This document shows, one piece after another, positions 28,553 to 37,710 of a stretch of DNA of 59,002 bases (its first letter is position 1; each line of letters opens with the position of its first letter). The position numbers and the translations under genes were made by a program. Source of the stretch: Thermoproteota archaeon. GTDB taxonomy: Archaea > Korarchaeota > Korarchaeia > Korarchaeales > Korarchaeaceae. The DNA lies in assembly GCA_015522685.1 (NCBI GenBank), contig WALU01000016.1, forward strand, positions 1 through 59,002. Reading direction: 5' to 3'. The notes under the pieces are model-generated. The model saw nothing but the letters and a program-made list of their open reading frames with translations. It did not search any database and was not told the origin of the DNA.

Positions 28553-29272
28553 TCAAATAAGACTATCCCTCCAATTTTTTGCCTTAATGATAATTCTCCT
28601 TAATTCATCAGTGTTATATAAATGTCTCCTCCTAGGATAAACTAGAATATATGGCATTTCGCTTCTAAGCCCTGGTATTACCTTCCTAGGTGGCTTTTCC
28701 TCCTCTACATAGATTGAAAGTCCTACAAGTTTTCTATGGCTTAAGAGTTTAGGAGAAGACATCTCATGCAGATAAATAACACCCATCCTAGGATCGTCCA
28801 TTAGATTATCCGCTATATCTGAAGAATTATCTCCAAGTAACTCAAAAGCCATGTATTGCCCTCTTCCAACTCTAGATGAGATCATCTGGAGCTTTTTAGC
28901 CGCTATTATGGGATTACTATTGAAAGGCCTGTATGAAGGTCTTATAATAACGAAATCAGCGTCAATAATCCTCGCAAGTTTGCTGGCTTCCTCAATACTT
29001 TTGGCGGAGGCTTCAGAGATATATGGATTATAGCTAAACAGATTAACATCCGCTTCAGGCGATCTAACTGCAACGATCGTACTCAATACTTCTAATGTGG
29101 ACTTAAGGGATGATAAGGAGGATCTATGTATCGTCGACGGAAGATAGTAAGGAGGTTCCGTGGATATGACTAATCCCTCACATCCCAGCTTATTTAGGAG
29201 CTTAACTGCCTCTGACAGCTCAACTCCCCAGAGAAATTCAGTTGAACAAAGCACTTTTATAGTATTAGCCAA
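28553..29272 (-). CDS. Degenerate xylose-isomerase/AP-endonuclease-2-like TIM barrel protein
   Basis: RSP-x-x-DVNL-x-S-x-N...S-x-x-SI-x-x-A-x-x-LA...IIRP resembles the HAP...FHP pattern of the family, with His replaced by Arg. Confidence 0.55.
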   Translation of the reverse strand: MANTIKVLCSTEFLWGVELSEAVKLLNKLGCEGLVISTEPPYYLPSTIHRSSLSSLKSTLEVLSTIVAVRSPEADVNLFSYNPYISEASAKSIEEASKLARIIDADFVIIRPSYRPFNSNPIIAAKKLQMISSRVGRGQYMAFELLGDNSSDIADNLMDDPRMGVIYLHEMSSPKLLSHRKLVGLSIYVEEEKPPRKVIPGLRSEMPYILVYPRRRHLYNTDELRRIIIKAKNWRDSLI

Positions 29273-29869
29273 GGCTCATCCCTCAACATATTCAAATAGG
29301 TTTCAGGGGTATATAATTTTGATTTTTAAATTCAATTTTTAAATCTATTTACTCAGATAGGCTCGAGATAATTTTTTCATAAAGGCAAATAAATGGAAAT
29401 TATGATGATAACCTCAAAGATAAGCTAATCCATTGAATCACTGCTATGTAGAAGTGATGAAGGCAATAGTTAGTATATTATATAGCTATATAAGACAATA
29501 CATCATATAAGTAGCTATTCTGATAAGAAAGGTAATGTATACTCCATATGTCATTATTGAATCTTTAATATAGCACATCCATAAAACTAACATTAAATTC
29601 TAATTCTATGAATTAAATTACATTAATATAATAATTATGTAAATAAATAATTAATATATAACCTTGAAAATACATATTATTTCGAAAATGAATGAGAGAC
29701 TATTGAGTGAAGAGGCTCTATAAGTACCCTCTTAATTTGATCATACCAACTGAAACGATAATAAATGTATAGATCAAACAAGATCATGCCTAGTTAATAG
29801 TAAAGCTTATATTTATATCCTTATCATAAAATTACGGCCCTATAAGGGTTTATCAAGAGGTGAGACTAT

Positions 29870-30100
29870 ATGCCGCAAAAGCCTGCCAAGCATCTACCAT
29901 TGGCACCTGTGTATAGGATCATAAAGGAGGCTGGCGCAGAGAGAGTTAGTGATGACGCTAAGGCTAGGCTAGCCTACTATCTCGAGAAGTTTGGCTACGA
30001 AGTAGGTAAATATGCCGTTGATCTAGCTCGACATGCTAAGAGAAAGACTGTAACTGATAGAGACATCGAGCTGGCTGTAGAGGCTATCTGGAAGAAGTAA
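29870..30100 (+). CDS. Archaeal histone (HMf-type)
   Basis: LPLAPVYRIIK-x-AGAERVS-x-DA...A-x-HAKRKTV-x-x-x-DI-x-LA; GAGGTGA SD. Confidence 0.96.
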   Translation: MPQKPAKHLPLAPVYRIIKEAGAERVSDDAKARLAYYLEKFGYEVGKYAVDLARHAKRKTVTDRDIELAVEAIWKK

Positions 30101-30120
30101 GCCGGCCTCTTCTCTCATCC

Positions 30121-30136
30121 TTTTTCTTTTATTCTT
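30121..30136 (+). terminator. Oligo-T tract after the histone gene
   Basis: TTTTTCTTTTATTCTT about 20 nt after the stop, between convergent genes. Confidence 0.5.
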
Positions 30137-30168
30137 TAAAACAAGTCCAATTAGTAACTATATTTTAA

Positions 30169-30243
30169 CGGACCCGGGGGGACTTGAACCCTCGACCTGC
30201 GGCTCCGAAGGCCGCCGCTCTATCCTTGCTGAGCTACGGGCCC
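30169..30243 (-). tRNA. tRNA-Arg (anticodon UCG), no intron, CCA not encoded
   Basis: Cloverleaf with acceptor GGGCCCG/CGGGTCC, anticodon arm GCGGC-CTTCGGA-GCCGC and T-loop TTCAAGT. Confidence 0.95.
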
Positions 30244-30280
30244 CCATACTAAATAAGTGATAGTTTTAATAATATTCCCT

Positions 30281-31480
30281 TTACTCTCTTGCCTCCTGCG
30301 CCTTCTTTCCCCTAACTACTTGCTTGCTGAATATATATGCTCCAACAAGCAACAGGATTATTGATATTGATATGAAAGCCCAATCACCTTCCGCTAACCT
30401 AGCTCCCATGAATCCAAAGAAAGTTGCTCTAGGTATCGTAGCTAACATATTGGCGAGTATAAATATGAGGAGATCCATGCCAACCGCTCCAGCTATATAG
30501 GATATTATGTCCAATGGAAGGAAAGGAATGAGCCTAGTAAGGAAGACGAGCCAACCACCCCATCTATCAAACCATGAATAAACTTTCTCTAGGAGATCTC
30601 CCCTTATATAATACTCTAAGATTTTCTTCCCTACAGCCCTTGCTATGAAATAGTTTATGAGAGAGCCAACGGCTATTCCCATCCCGCCATATATTCCTAC
30701 CTCGAGAGGAGTTATCCCAAGGGCACCAGCAGCTACTAAGACAGCATCTGCAGGTATGGGAGAAATTACAGCCTGCAAAATCATGGCCGAAAAGAGGCCT
30801 ATGGGTCCATACTCCTTGACGAATTTTGAGATCTCCTCGGCAATTGCTTGGTACTGTCTCATTCTTTCCTCTATGAATTTGACCTGTACTATATTCACCA
30901 TGAATATAGAAGAAAGGATCCCTCCAAATGAACTCGGTCTTATATTCACCTTAGAGATCAAGATCACTATGAATACTCCTTCTACTACATAAAGCAACCA
31001 TGCCATCTTAGGAGGATTGAGCAGCACTTGAATTATGGCTGGTGGTAAAGATGCCACAGAAGAGAGCAACAAAGCCTTCCTGATGGAAACTCCTGAAGAA
31101 GTAAGGAGGGCCAGCGATAGACCACTGCCACCAAATCCTAACGGACTTACTCCCTGAACAAAGCCTGATACAAATCCATCCATTATATCAGGAGATCTAT
31201 TATCATTTACAGCTAAGAGACCCCATCTAAGAAATATTGCAGCCAATATTCCTATGAAAGAGAGTCCTGCTACGATCAATCCCCCGATCACTGTGTTGGT
31301 ATAATTAAGCCATCCCTTAATAATTGCCGCTAAGAATGAGGAAGTAGTAAGCGCGGATATAACTGGCCAGGGCTCTACCCCATCGCCTATTAAAATAAGC
31401 CCAGAGATCCCAGCTATATGGCCCGAGGCTTCAGGCCATATAGGGAGCCACTCTAGGAGCCCTGCAATATATTCAAACAT
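30281..31480 (-). CDS. Membrane protein: divergent UppP/BacA-like N-terminal half fused to a DedA/VTT (TVP38) domain
   Basis: N-terminal GLLEWLPI...SGH and GFVQG...G...SG resemble the two UppP motifs. C-terminal LQAVISPIP, GSLINYFIAR and RLIPFLP-x-D-x-ISY-x-AG are DedA/VTT motifs. Confidence 0.75.
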   Translation of the reverse strand: MFEYIAGLLEWLPIWPEASGHIAGISGLILIGDGVEPWPVISALTTSSFLAAIIKGWLNYTNTVIGGLIVAGLSFIGILAAIFLRWGLLAVNDNRSPDIMDGFVSGFVQGVSPLGFGGSGLSLALLTSSGVSIRKALLLSSVASLPPAIIQVLLNPPKMAWLLYVVEGVFIVILISKVNIRPSSFGGILSSIFMVNIVQVKFIEERMRQYQAIAEEISKFVKEYGPIGLFSAMILQAVISPIPADAVLVAAGALGITPLEVGIYGGMGIAVGSLINYFIARAVGKKILEYYIRGDLLEKVYSWFDRWGGWLVFLTRLIPFLPLDIISYIAGAVGMDLLIFILANMLATIPRATFFGFMGARLAEGDWAFISISIILLLVGAYIFSKQVVRGKKAQEARE

Positions 31481-31488
31481 TATGTTAG

Positions 31489-32319
31489 GTGAGTAAGTTT
31501 CAAATATTAATGGTGAATACTAAGGTGATGTTCAATTTCATCTATGGAGGTATGAACAATCCTCATAGGGAGCTAAAGAGCGAAATTGAACCTATACTAA
31601 AGTTAGGTATGGATTATATTGAGATAACGGTGGAATGGCCTCTTTCTTGGGTAGATTCAATAAAAAAGAATTTTAGGTATCTCATAGATCTAGCAGAAAC
31701 CTATAATTCATTTTATCTAGTGCATTCCCCTTGGTATCTAGAGATAGGGCATCCATATCAGGATGTAAGGAAAGGTGCCCTAAAAGAAGCATTTAGAGTA
31801 ATAGATATAGCTTCTAAGCTCGAATCTCCATATGCGACATTTCACCCATTCACTCCTGGCTGGCTTGCGGCTTTGAAGGAGAGTGCTAGAGAGTTCAATA
31901 TGAAGGGATTCAGGGAACTGGTAAAATACTCTCAGGATAAGGGAGTAAAGATCCTAATAGAGAATATTGATCATGGTGCCTTTAAATCTCCTTCGGATAT
32001 AAGATACCTAACAGATAAGGTTCCAGACCTTTATGTGACTCTCGATGTAGGACATGCCTTCTTGAACGGAGGTACTAGTAAATTAAAGTCCTATTTGAGC
32101 AAGCTGAAGAGAAAGATAATGCACTTACATGTTCATGATAATGATCTAAGTAAGGACCTTCATTTACCAGTAGGAGCCGGCAGAATACCATGGAAAGAAG
32201 TTGCGGAGGAGATAAGATCCATCGGTTATAGGGGTACAGTAACGCTCGAGCCTCATGTATCAGATCTCGATTACTTAAAGATCTCCAGAGATAAAATATC
32301 CGCCTTATTTGAAGCTTAA
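31489..32319 (+). CDS. Sugar phosphate isomerase/epimerase (AP endonuclease 2 family) TIM barrel
   Basis: VHSP, TFHP, IEN, LDVGHA, HLHVHDN...DLHLPVG-x-G-x-IPW and TLE. The start may be 31528. Confidence 0.88.
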   Translation: MSKFQILMVNTKVMFNFIYGGMNNPHRELKSEIEPILKLGMDYIEITVEWPLSWVDSIKKNFRYLIDLAETYNSFYLVHSPWYLEIGHPYQDVRKGALKEAFRVIDIASKLESPYATFHPFTPGWLAALKESAREFNMKGFRELVKYSQDKGVKILIENIDHGAFKSPSDIRYLTDKVPDLYVTLDVGHAFLNGGTSKLKSYLSKLKRKIMHLHVHDNDLSKDLHLPVGAGRIPWKEVAEEIRSIGYRGTVTLEPHVSDLDYLKISRDKISALFEA

Positions 32320-32871
32320 AAGAGTTAAGCATACCACCAAAGTAATGATTAAGGATACTATCGCGCCGAGGATTACCTGCTTTAGTGTATGAGACTCAGA
32401 TTTCCACCTAGACCAAGCTAGTAACGGCGCTAGGAATAATAGGAGAATACCCAGCCAATAGCTACCAATGTAAAGGAGGAAAGTATCTGGTCCAATAAGT
32501 CCTGCCATGTGAACACTGACTTTCGTGACACGAGCATTAAGTATGGCTATTGCTAAACTGACTGACAAATATGACAGCGACAATACTGCCATATAAAAAT
32601 CTTCAAGTAATATTAGGAGCACAGAGGCCGCAGAATAACAAATAATGGCCTGTAGAAAGAAAGGCTCCCTAGAAAATCTATCAGGTACTAGAATATCTAT
32701 CTCACCTTTCAATGATTTTCTGATGACGTTAATAACCGGACAAAAGGCTATCAGTATTAGAGCTATTACTAAACTAAAGAGGTCTGGCTCCACGTAGTAG
32801 GTACCTAGAGAGGATACTAGAGTTATTGTTACTGGGGAGAGTAGAAGAGCAACGGCTTTATGAAGATTCAT
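32305..32871 (-). CDS. PAP2-superfamily-like integral membrane protein
   Basis: Several TM helices; KVSVH (C2-like) and SRWKSESHTLKQV (SR-x5-H-x3-Q, C3 motif). Confidence 0.65.
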   Translation of the reverse strand: MNLHKAVALLLSPVTITLVSSLGTYYVEPDLFSLVIALILIAFCPVINVIRKSLKGEIDILVPDRFSREPFFLQAIICYSAASVLLILLEDFYMAVLSLSYLSVSLAIAILNARVTKVSVHMAGLIGPDTFLLYIGSYWLGILLLFLAPLLAWSRWKSESHTLKQVILGAIVSLIITLVVCLTLLSFK

Positions 32872-32921
32872 CCATCCTTGTAGATGATGATTTAAAAAAG
32901 AATTTCCACCTGAGTGGTCTG

Positions 32922-33764
32922 ATGAAAACTAAGATAGTCCTTTTATACTCGAAGATGGATCTAGCTGGGTTAAATATGGCTAAAGAAATAGAAGATAGCA
33001 TGGGTGAGCAGTTTGAATTGAAAAATAAGAAGATAGAGCTCATATCGTTTGAAAGGGAAGTTCTATATGCTAGGAGTGAGGAGGAATTAGGAGTGAAAGA
33101 ATTCGACTTTGTAGTAGTGCTTTCGAGGCATAGCGGTACACCACATCATCCAATATTTACCGCGCATGTCCCTGGGAACTTTGGAAGAGCTAAGTATGGA
33201 GGAAAATCTTTCAAACTTGGTGTTGCTATTCCTTCATTAATGAAGGAATACTTACAAGAGGTAAGCAAAAAGGCTCCTTCGATCGGATATTGGGTAGGTT
33301 TCGAGCCGACTCACCACGGTCCTACACTTGATATTCCTATGGCATTCTTAGAAATAGGATGCGATGAAACTTCTTGGAATGACCCTAATGGTGTTAATGT
33401 AGCAGCGAATTCCGTTATAAGAGGATTAGAAAATTGGGAAACTGGAAAATACATCCCAGCTATAGCATTTGGTGGGCCTCACATAAATGAACACTTTACA
33501 AATATAGCTCTGCACACAGATATCGCATTGGGTCATACTGCTAGGAAACTAGATGCTGAATGGGTAGATAAGGTGATGATCCAGCAAGCCATCGATAAGA
33601 ATGGCGAGAATCCTCAATTGGCCATAATAGATAATAAAGGCCTTAAAGGAGAGGATAGAAGGAGAATAGAGTCAGCTCTGAGAGATCTTGACATAAAGGC
33701 TATTAGGGTGAAGAAGTTATTGAGGGAGAAAATTGAGAATTCGAAAGAAAGAGAAGAAGTATAA
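32922..33764 (+). CDS. dtdA: Archaeal D-aminoacyl-tRNA deacylase (DTD2)
   Basis: D-x-AG-x-N, LSRHS, TAHVPGN, E-x-THHGPT, EIG and FGGPH. Start taken at ATG 32922. Confidence 0.93.
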   Translation: MKTKIVLLYSKMDLAGLNMAKEIEDSMGEQFELKNKKIELISFEREVLYARSEEELGVKEFDFVVVLSRHSGTPHHPIFTAHVPGNFGRAKYGGKSFKLGVAIPSLMKEYLQEVSKKAPSIGYWVGFEPTHHGPTLDIPMAFLEIGCDETSWNDPNGVNVAANSVIRGLENWETGKYIPAIAFGGPHINEHFTNIALHTDIALGHTARKLDAEWVDKVMIQQAIDKNGENPQLAIIDNKGLKGEDRRRIESALRDLDIKAIRVKKLLREKIENSKEREEV

Positions 33765-34083
33765 AACGCTTTTTTTCTTTGATAGGACTGTCTCAAGAGA
33801 ATTCTACTTTTCTATTCAAAGAAGACTGAATTACCTAGGATATGGTGGCGTTTGGCAACCGAGGAGTGCTGTTAGAGGGAAGGATAGAGAGATTGATGAG
33901 ATACTAAATTATTGCATAGCTAGAGGTATAAGAGTCTACGTCACCTTCTCTAAGAAAATTGAAGTCTCGCCTGAATATCAAGAAAAAATGAAAATAATTA
34001 AACTCAAAGGAGGGAAGAAAAAGACTGTGAATAAGGTAATAGCGATCCTTTTTATGAAACTTAAGAGCGAGGAAAAGAATTAA
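33733..34083 (+). CDS. Possible PIN-like (DUF5615/VapC45-like) protein
   Basis: FFFD...L-x-x-LGY...D-x-x-I-x-EI...G-x-x-V-x-VT pattern; weak similarity only. Confidence 0.4.
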   Translation: MRIRKKEKKYKTLFFFDRTVSREFYFSIQRRLNYLGYGGVWQPRSAVRGKDREIDEILNYCIARGIRVYVTFSKKIEVSPEYQEKMKIIKLKGGKKKTVNKVIAILFMKLKSEEKN

Positions 34084-34104
34084 AAATATCCTTTTCACAC
34101 TAAA

Positions 34105-34434
34105 GTGGGAGGATATAAAGGATTGCTGAGTTTCCGATCTTCATCCTCCGAGGATGAGGAAGGAGAAGGTAAACGTATCGTGGTGAGGAGGCTTGTTCTT
34201 GACGTTGTTAAACCACATAATCCTAATATAGTAGACATGGCTGAGGGTCTCTCGGAACTTAAGGGAATAAAGAAAGTGAATATAGAGGTAAAAGATTACG
34301 ACTCTACTATTGAGAGATTAAAGATAATATTAGAAGGGGAAGATCTAGACTACGAGGAGATAGTGAAAGTCATTAGGTATTATGGAGGGAATGTTGCGAG
34401 CCTCGATGGCGTCACAGTCGAGTCAGAGGAATAA
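34105..34434 (+). CDS. DUF211-family protein
   Basis: RRLVLDVVKPH-x-P...L-x-I-x-LEG-x-DLDY-x-x-I...GG-x-V-x-SLD-x-V. Confidence 0.8.
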   Translation: MGGYKGLLSFRSSSSEDEEGEGKRIVVRRLVLDVVKPHNPNIVDMAEGLSELKGIKKVNIEVKDYDSTIERLKIILEGEDLDYEEIVKVIRYYGGNVASLDGVTVESEE

Positions 34435-34441
34435 TAATCGA

Positions 34442-35764
34442 ATGTTGTTCTATATAGAGACGCATGGTTGCGCTATGAATAGATCTGATTCTCAAATAAT
34501 GGATTCACTTCTCAGAAGAGCTGGTTGGAAGAGAGCCTCAAGGCCAGAAGATGCAAATGTAATAATACTCAATACCTGCAATGTGAAAATGCCAACAGAG
34601 CAAAGAATGATTCATAGAGCTAAGGTTCTCTCTAGGATAGCTCCTCTAGTTGCTGCTGGCTGTATGGCTAAGTCCCAACCGGAACTCCTAAGATCCTATG
34701 CAAAAGCGTTGGTGGCTCCAAGGGCTATAACTCATATAGTTGAGGCTGCATATTCTGCACTAAAAGGAACTAGAGCTGAATTCTTGAATTGGGAGACGCC
34801 TAACAAGGCTGAATTTAATAGAGAGCCAACTGGATTTATCGGGATAGTACCTATAGCCGAGGGATGCTTGGGCTCATGTACCTACTGCATAACGAAACTT
34901 GCTAGAGGGCGCTTGACAAGCTTCCCCGCCAAAAGCGTTATTCGTAGGGCTAAAGAGTTCCTGAATAAAGGAGCTGTGGAGATATGGCTCACAGCAGAAG
35001 ATACTGGAGTATATGGATGGGATAAAGGAGAGAATCTGCCCATGCTTCTCAATAAGATATCTTCCTTGGATGGAGATTTTAGGGTAAGGGTAGGGATGAT
35101 GACGCCCGATTCTGCTTTAAAGATAGTAGACAGCTTAATAGACTCATTTAAGGATAAAAAAATGTACAAATTCTTTCATATACCAGTTCAAAGTGGATCT
35201 GATAAAATACTCAAACTTATGGGAAGGAAATATACTGCAGAGCAATTCATGAGACTTATCTATGAAATAAGAGAGCACTTCGATGATGTTACCATAAGCA
35301 CAGATGTGATAGTTGGATTCCCAGGCGAGGAAGAAGGTGATTTCCAAGATACTCTGAAGCTACTAGAGGTAACTAAACCAGATGTCGTAAACTTGAGTAG
35401 GTTTGGGCCTAGGCCCAAAACTTTAGCAGCGAATATGAAGCAGCTTTCTCCTAAGGTCATTAAGAGGAGAAGCAAGGAAGCCGCAGCAATCATAGAGGAA
35501 ATAAAAGAGAGGAATAATGAGAGATTTCTTGGTAGAAAATTAACTGTATTAGCTTCAGAGGTTACATCTAAGGGAGTTCAGGGGAGAACCCAATGCTATA
35601 AGCCAGTAGCTCTTGGAAATGTTACTCCCGGGGTATTCTACAGGGTAAAAATAGTAGACTTCAGAGGGAATTACCTGATTGGGAGATTAAGAGAGAAAGA
35701 AGGAAGGCGGACAGGAATCGCTGTTAGATGTAGAACTAGATTATCTCGGGATTTACCTAGTTAA
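34442..35764 (+). CDS. tRNA t6A37 methylthiotransferase (MiaB-like, archaeal e-MtaB)
   Basis: ETHGCAMN, NTC-x-V, AGCMA, CLGSCTYC, HIPVQSGSD, DVIVGFPGE and a TRAM-like end. Confidence 0.92.
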   Translation: MLFYIETHGCAMNRSDSQIMDSLLRRAGWKRASRPEDANVIILNTCNVKMPTEQRMIHRAKVLSRIAPLVAAGCMAKSQPELLRSYAKALVAPRAITHIVEAAYSALKGTRAEFLNWETPNKAEFNREPTGFIGIVPIAEGCLGSCTYCITKLARGRLTSFPAKSVIRRAKEFLNKGAVEIWLTAEDTGVYGWDKGENLPMLLNKISSLDGDFRVRVGMMTPDSALKIVDSLIDSFKDKKMYKFFHIPVQSGSDKILKLMGRKYTAEQFMRLIYEIREHFDDVTISTDVIVGFPGEEEGDFQDTLKLLEVTKPDVVNLSRFGPRPKTLAANMKQLSPKVIKRRSKEAAAIIEEIKERNNERFLGRKLTVLASEVTSKGVQGRTQCYKPVALGNVTPGVFYRVKIVDFRGNYLIGRLREKEGRRTGIAVRCRTRLSRDLPS

Positions 35765-35784
35765 GTTAAGTTAAGTTTACCTAG
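35752..35784. repeat. 9-bp direct repeat TTTACCTAG flanking (TTAAG)3
   Basis: Seen directly at 35752-35760 and 35776-35784, at the junction of convergent genes. Confidence 0.7.
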
Positions 35785-36145
35785 AATTCAGTCCACTCTT
35801 GACCTCTACTGCATTCTGCTGTTTTGGTCTTAGCAACCTAATTAGCGTCTTATATACATTCCATGCCCATGTTTCGTCTGAAAAGCCTATCACATTAGCT
35901 GTTGCATATGAATGCTCGGGCCATGTATGGATCGCTACATACCCTTTCTCCATCATAAGGAATCCGCTGACACCATAGGGCTCGAATTCGTGGACGTGTA
36001 TGTGAATTCTCTCTTCGCCCACTATATTAGCTAATTTTCTTAATATATCTTCCATTAGGGCAGGCGAGTCCAATAAATCCCTCTCAGATATGTCGTATAG
36101 CTCAGCAACAACCTGTGTCTCTTTAGGCCTCAATTCAAAGTTCAT
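35777..36145 (-). CDS. AdoMet decarboxylase (SpeD/SpeH class 1B)-like protein lacking the pyruvoyl cleavage site
   Basis: H-x-FEP-x-GVSG...IHTWPE is retained, but ESH reads KGY. Confidence 0.85.
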   Translation of the reverse strand: MNFELRPKETQVVAELYDISERDLLDSPALMEDILRKLANIVGEERIHIHVHEFEPYGVSGFLMMEKGYVAIHTWPEHSYATANVIGFSDETWAWNVYKTLIRLLRPKQQNAVEVKSGLNSR

Positions 36146-36806
36146 AGCTCTCTCCTGGTTTAAGAACTATCACATCAACTTCTAAACCTTTCTCCTTTAG
36201 TAAACTTACGAACTCATTTGGTTTTCCTTTAAGAACTGGGAATGTTCCATAGTGCATTGGGATAACTTTTTTCACTCCTAATAGCTCCACAGCTTTAGCT
36301 GCCTCTAAAGGCCCCATCACGAAATGACCTCCTATTGGAAGAAGAGCCAAATCGGGCTTATATAACTTGCCAATTAGCTTCATATCATAAAATACTCCTG
36401 TGTCCCCAGCATGATAAATCCTTTTTCCATCAAGCTCTACAATAGCTCCGGTAGGTGCTCCAATCGGACTGCTATGTGTTGCCATTGTGAGAACAATCTT
36501 CACACCGTTGACATCGAAAAAGCTCCCTATATTTGCTCCTACTGTATCCTTAGCCCCTCTACTGCTTGCCTCAAGAGCTATCTCATATATACTAACTATC
36601 GTACCCCCTTGCCTCTTAGCTAGCTTAATAGCATCTTCTAGCCCATGATCCCCATGAGCATGAGTTACAATGTATACATCAGCTCCTCCACACTGATCTA
36701 GGGTTATTGGAGACTGGGGATTGCCCTCTATCCAAGGATCTAATAATACTCTCTTGCTGCCCTCAAGAAGGAACGCTGAATGCCCCAAATAAGTAATCTT
36801 AACCAT
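36135..36806 (-). CDS. UPF0173 metal-dependent hydrolase (MBL fold)
   Basis: LGHSAF, LDPW, THAHGDH, YHAGDT, LPIGG and PMHYGTFP. Confidence 0.92.
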   Translation of the reverse strand: MVKITYLGHSAFLLEGSKRVLLDPWIEGNPQSPITLDQCGGADVYIVTHAHGDHGLEDAIKLAKRQGGTIVSIYEIALEASSRGAKDTVGANIGSFFDVNGVKIVLTMATHSSPIGAPTGAIVELDGKRIYHAGDTGVFYDMKLIGKLYKPDLALLPIGGHFVMGPLEAAKAVELLGVKKVIPMHYGTFPVLKGKPNEFVSLLKEKGLEVDVIVLKPGESYEL

Positions 36807-36881
36807 AACAATCACCCTGAAGGGGGAGGCTCATCTAAGAGATAATGGTTTCGTTAGGCACTAAGGCTTTTTCTCAGCAGC

Positions 36882-37514
36882 TTATCCAACAAGCCTTCTC
36901 CTCTTTTTCTTCTTATCCCCCTCTAGAGATTCAGAGAGGACATCAAGTATTTTGGATCTTATACTGTTTTTCTTCTCTCTACTTAGCATCTCTATGAGGA
37001 TGTCAATAACTTCTTTCTTGTTAATATGGAAAGCAAGGAAGGAGACCAACATATCCCTTACCCTAGGAGATGGATCTAAAATAAACTTAGAGATCTCCTC
37101 TGATCCAATGATGCCCTCATCATAGAGCTTCATCAGGCATTTCAAATAAGCTATCCTTACAACAGGCTCTGGATCATTTGACCAGCTTGAAACAATTTCC
37201 ATAAACCTTTTGTCGCATATTTCTCTCACCATTAAAATGGAGATACCTGCGATATTTTTTCCTGAGATAAGCTCTTTATACAGACAATTTGCCAAAGAAG
37301 ATTTGTCTATATTACCTTTAACATATGCTTCGATCGCATCAGAGAGACGAAGTATTTCATCACTAAGTTCTTTCTCGCATGCGCCTGTAGCTCTGCATTC
37401 ACCTACGATCCTTAAAATGGATTTTTTCCCATGAGTTGTCTCCCCTAATAGTAACTGTGAGAATGACAGGTATAATAGCTGAACGTAATGTTCAAATCCT
37501 TCTCTAGGCATCAA
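36882..37514 (-). CDS. HEAT-repeat protein
   Basis: DPEPVVR, DPSPRVR and EKKNSIR repeat ends. Confidence 0.7.
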   Translation of the reverse strand: MMPREGFEHYVQLLYLSFSQLLLGETTHGKKSILRIVGECRATGACEKELSDEILRLSDAIEAYVKGNIDKSSLANCLYKELISGKNIAGISILMVREICDKRFMEIVSSWSNDPEPVVRIAYLKCLMKLYDEGIIGSEEISKFILDPSPRVRDMLVSFLAFHINKKEVIDILIEMLSREKKNSIRSKILDVLSESLEGDKKKKRRRLVG

Positions 37515-37710
37515 TAGTGAGGTGATTTGTTTTATTATAAGTTAGATAGTGCACTCAGAGTGGAGAAATCTAATTAATGGGTTCTCTCGATCCTGTGTGT
37601 AGGAAGTCTACTTGTCCCTCCAAATATAGCGGAAAAGTATAAGGAAGTTAGGTAATTCATATATTCGAAAGGATCAAGAAGACAGTAGTTGATGTGAAAA
37701 GTGAGCTAAA

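Noticed and set aside
29454-29523. GTGATGA...CTGA pair resembling a C/D box sRNA
   Set aside because: No credible internal D'/C' boxes, and the guides would be almost pure A/T; likely chance in an AT-rich tract.
37577-37642. 21-codon ORF MGSLDPVCRKSTCPSKYSGKV with a YHS/TRASH-like DPVC start
   Set aside because: Too short and lacks the YYFCS half; possibly a remnant but unsupported.
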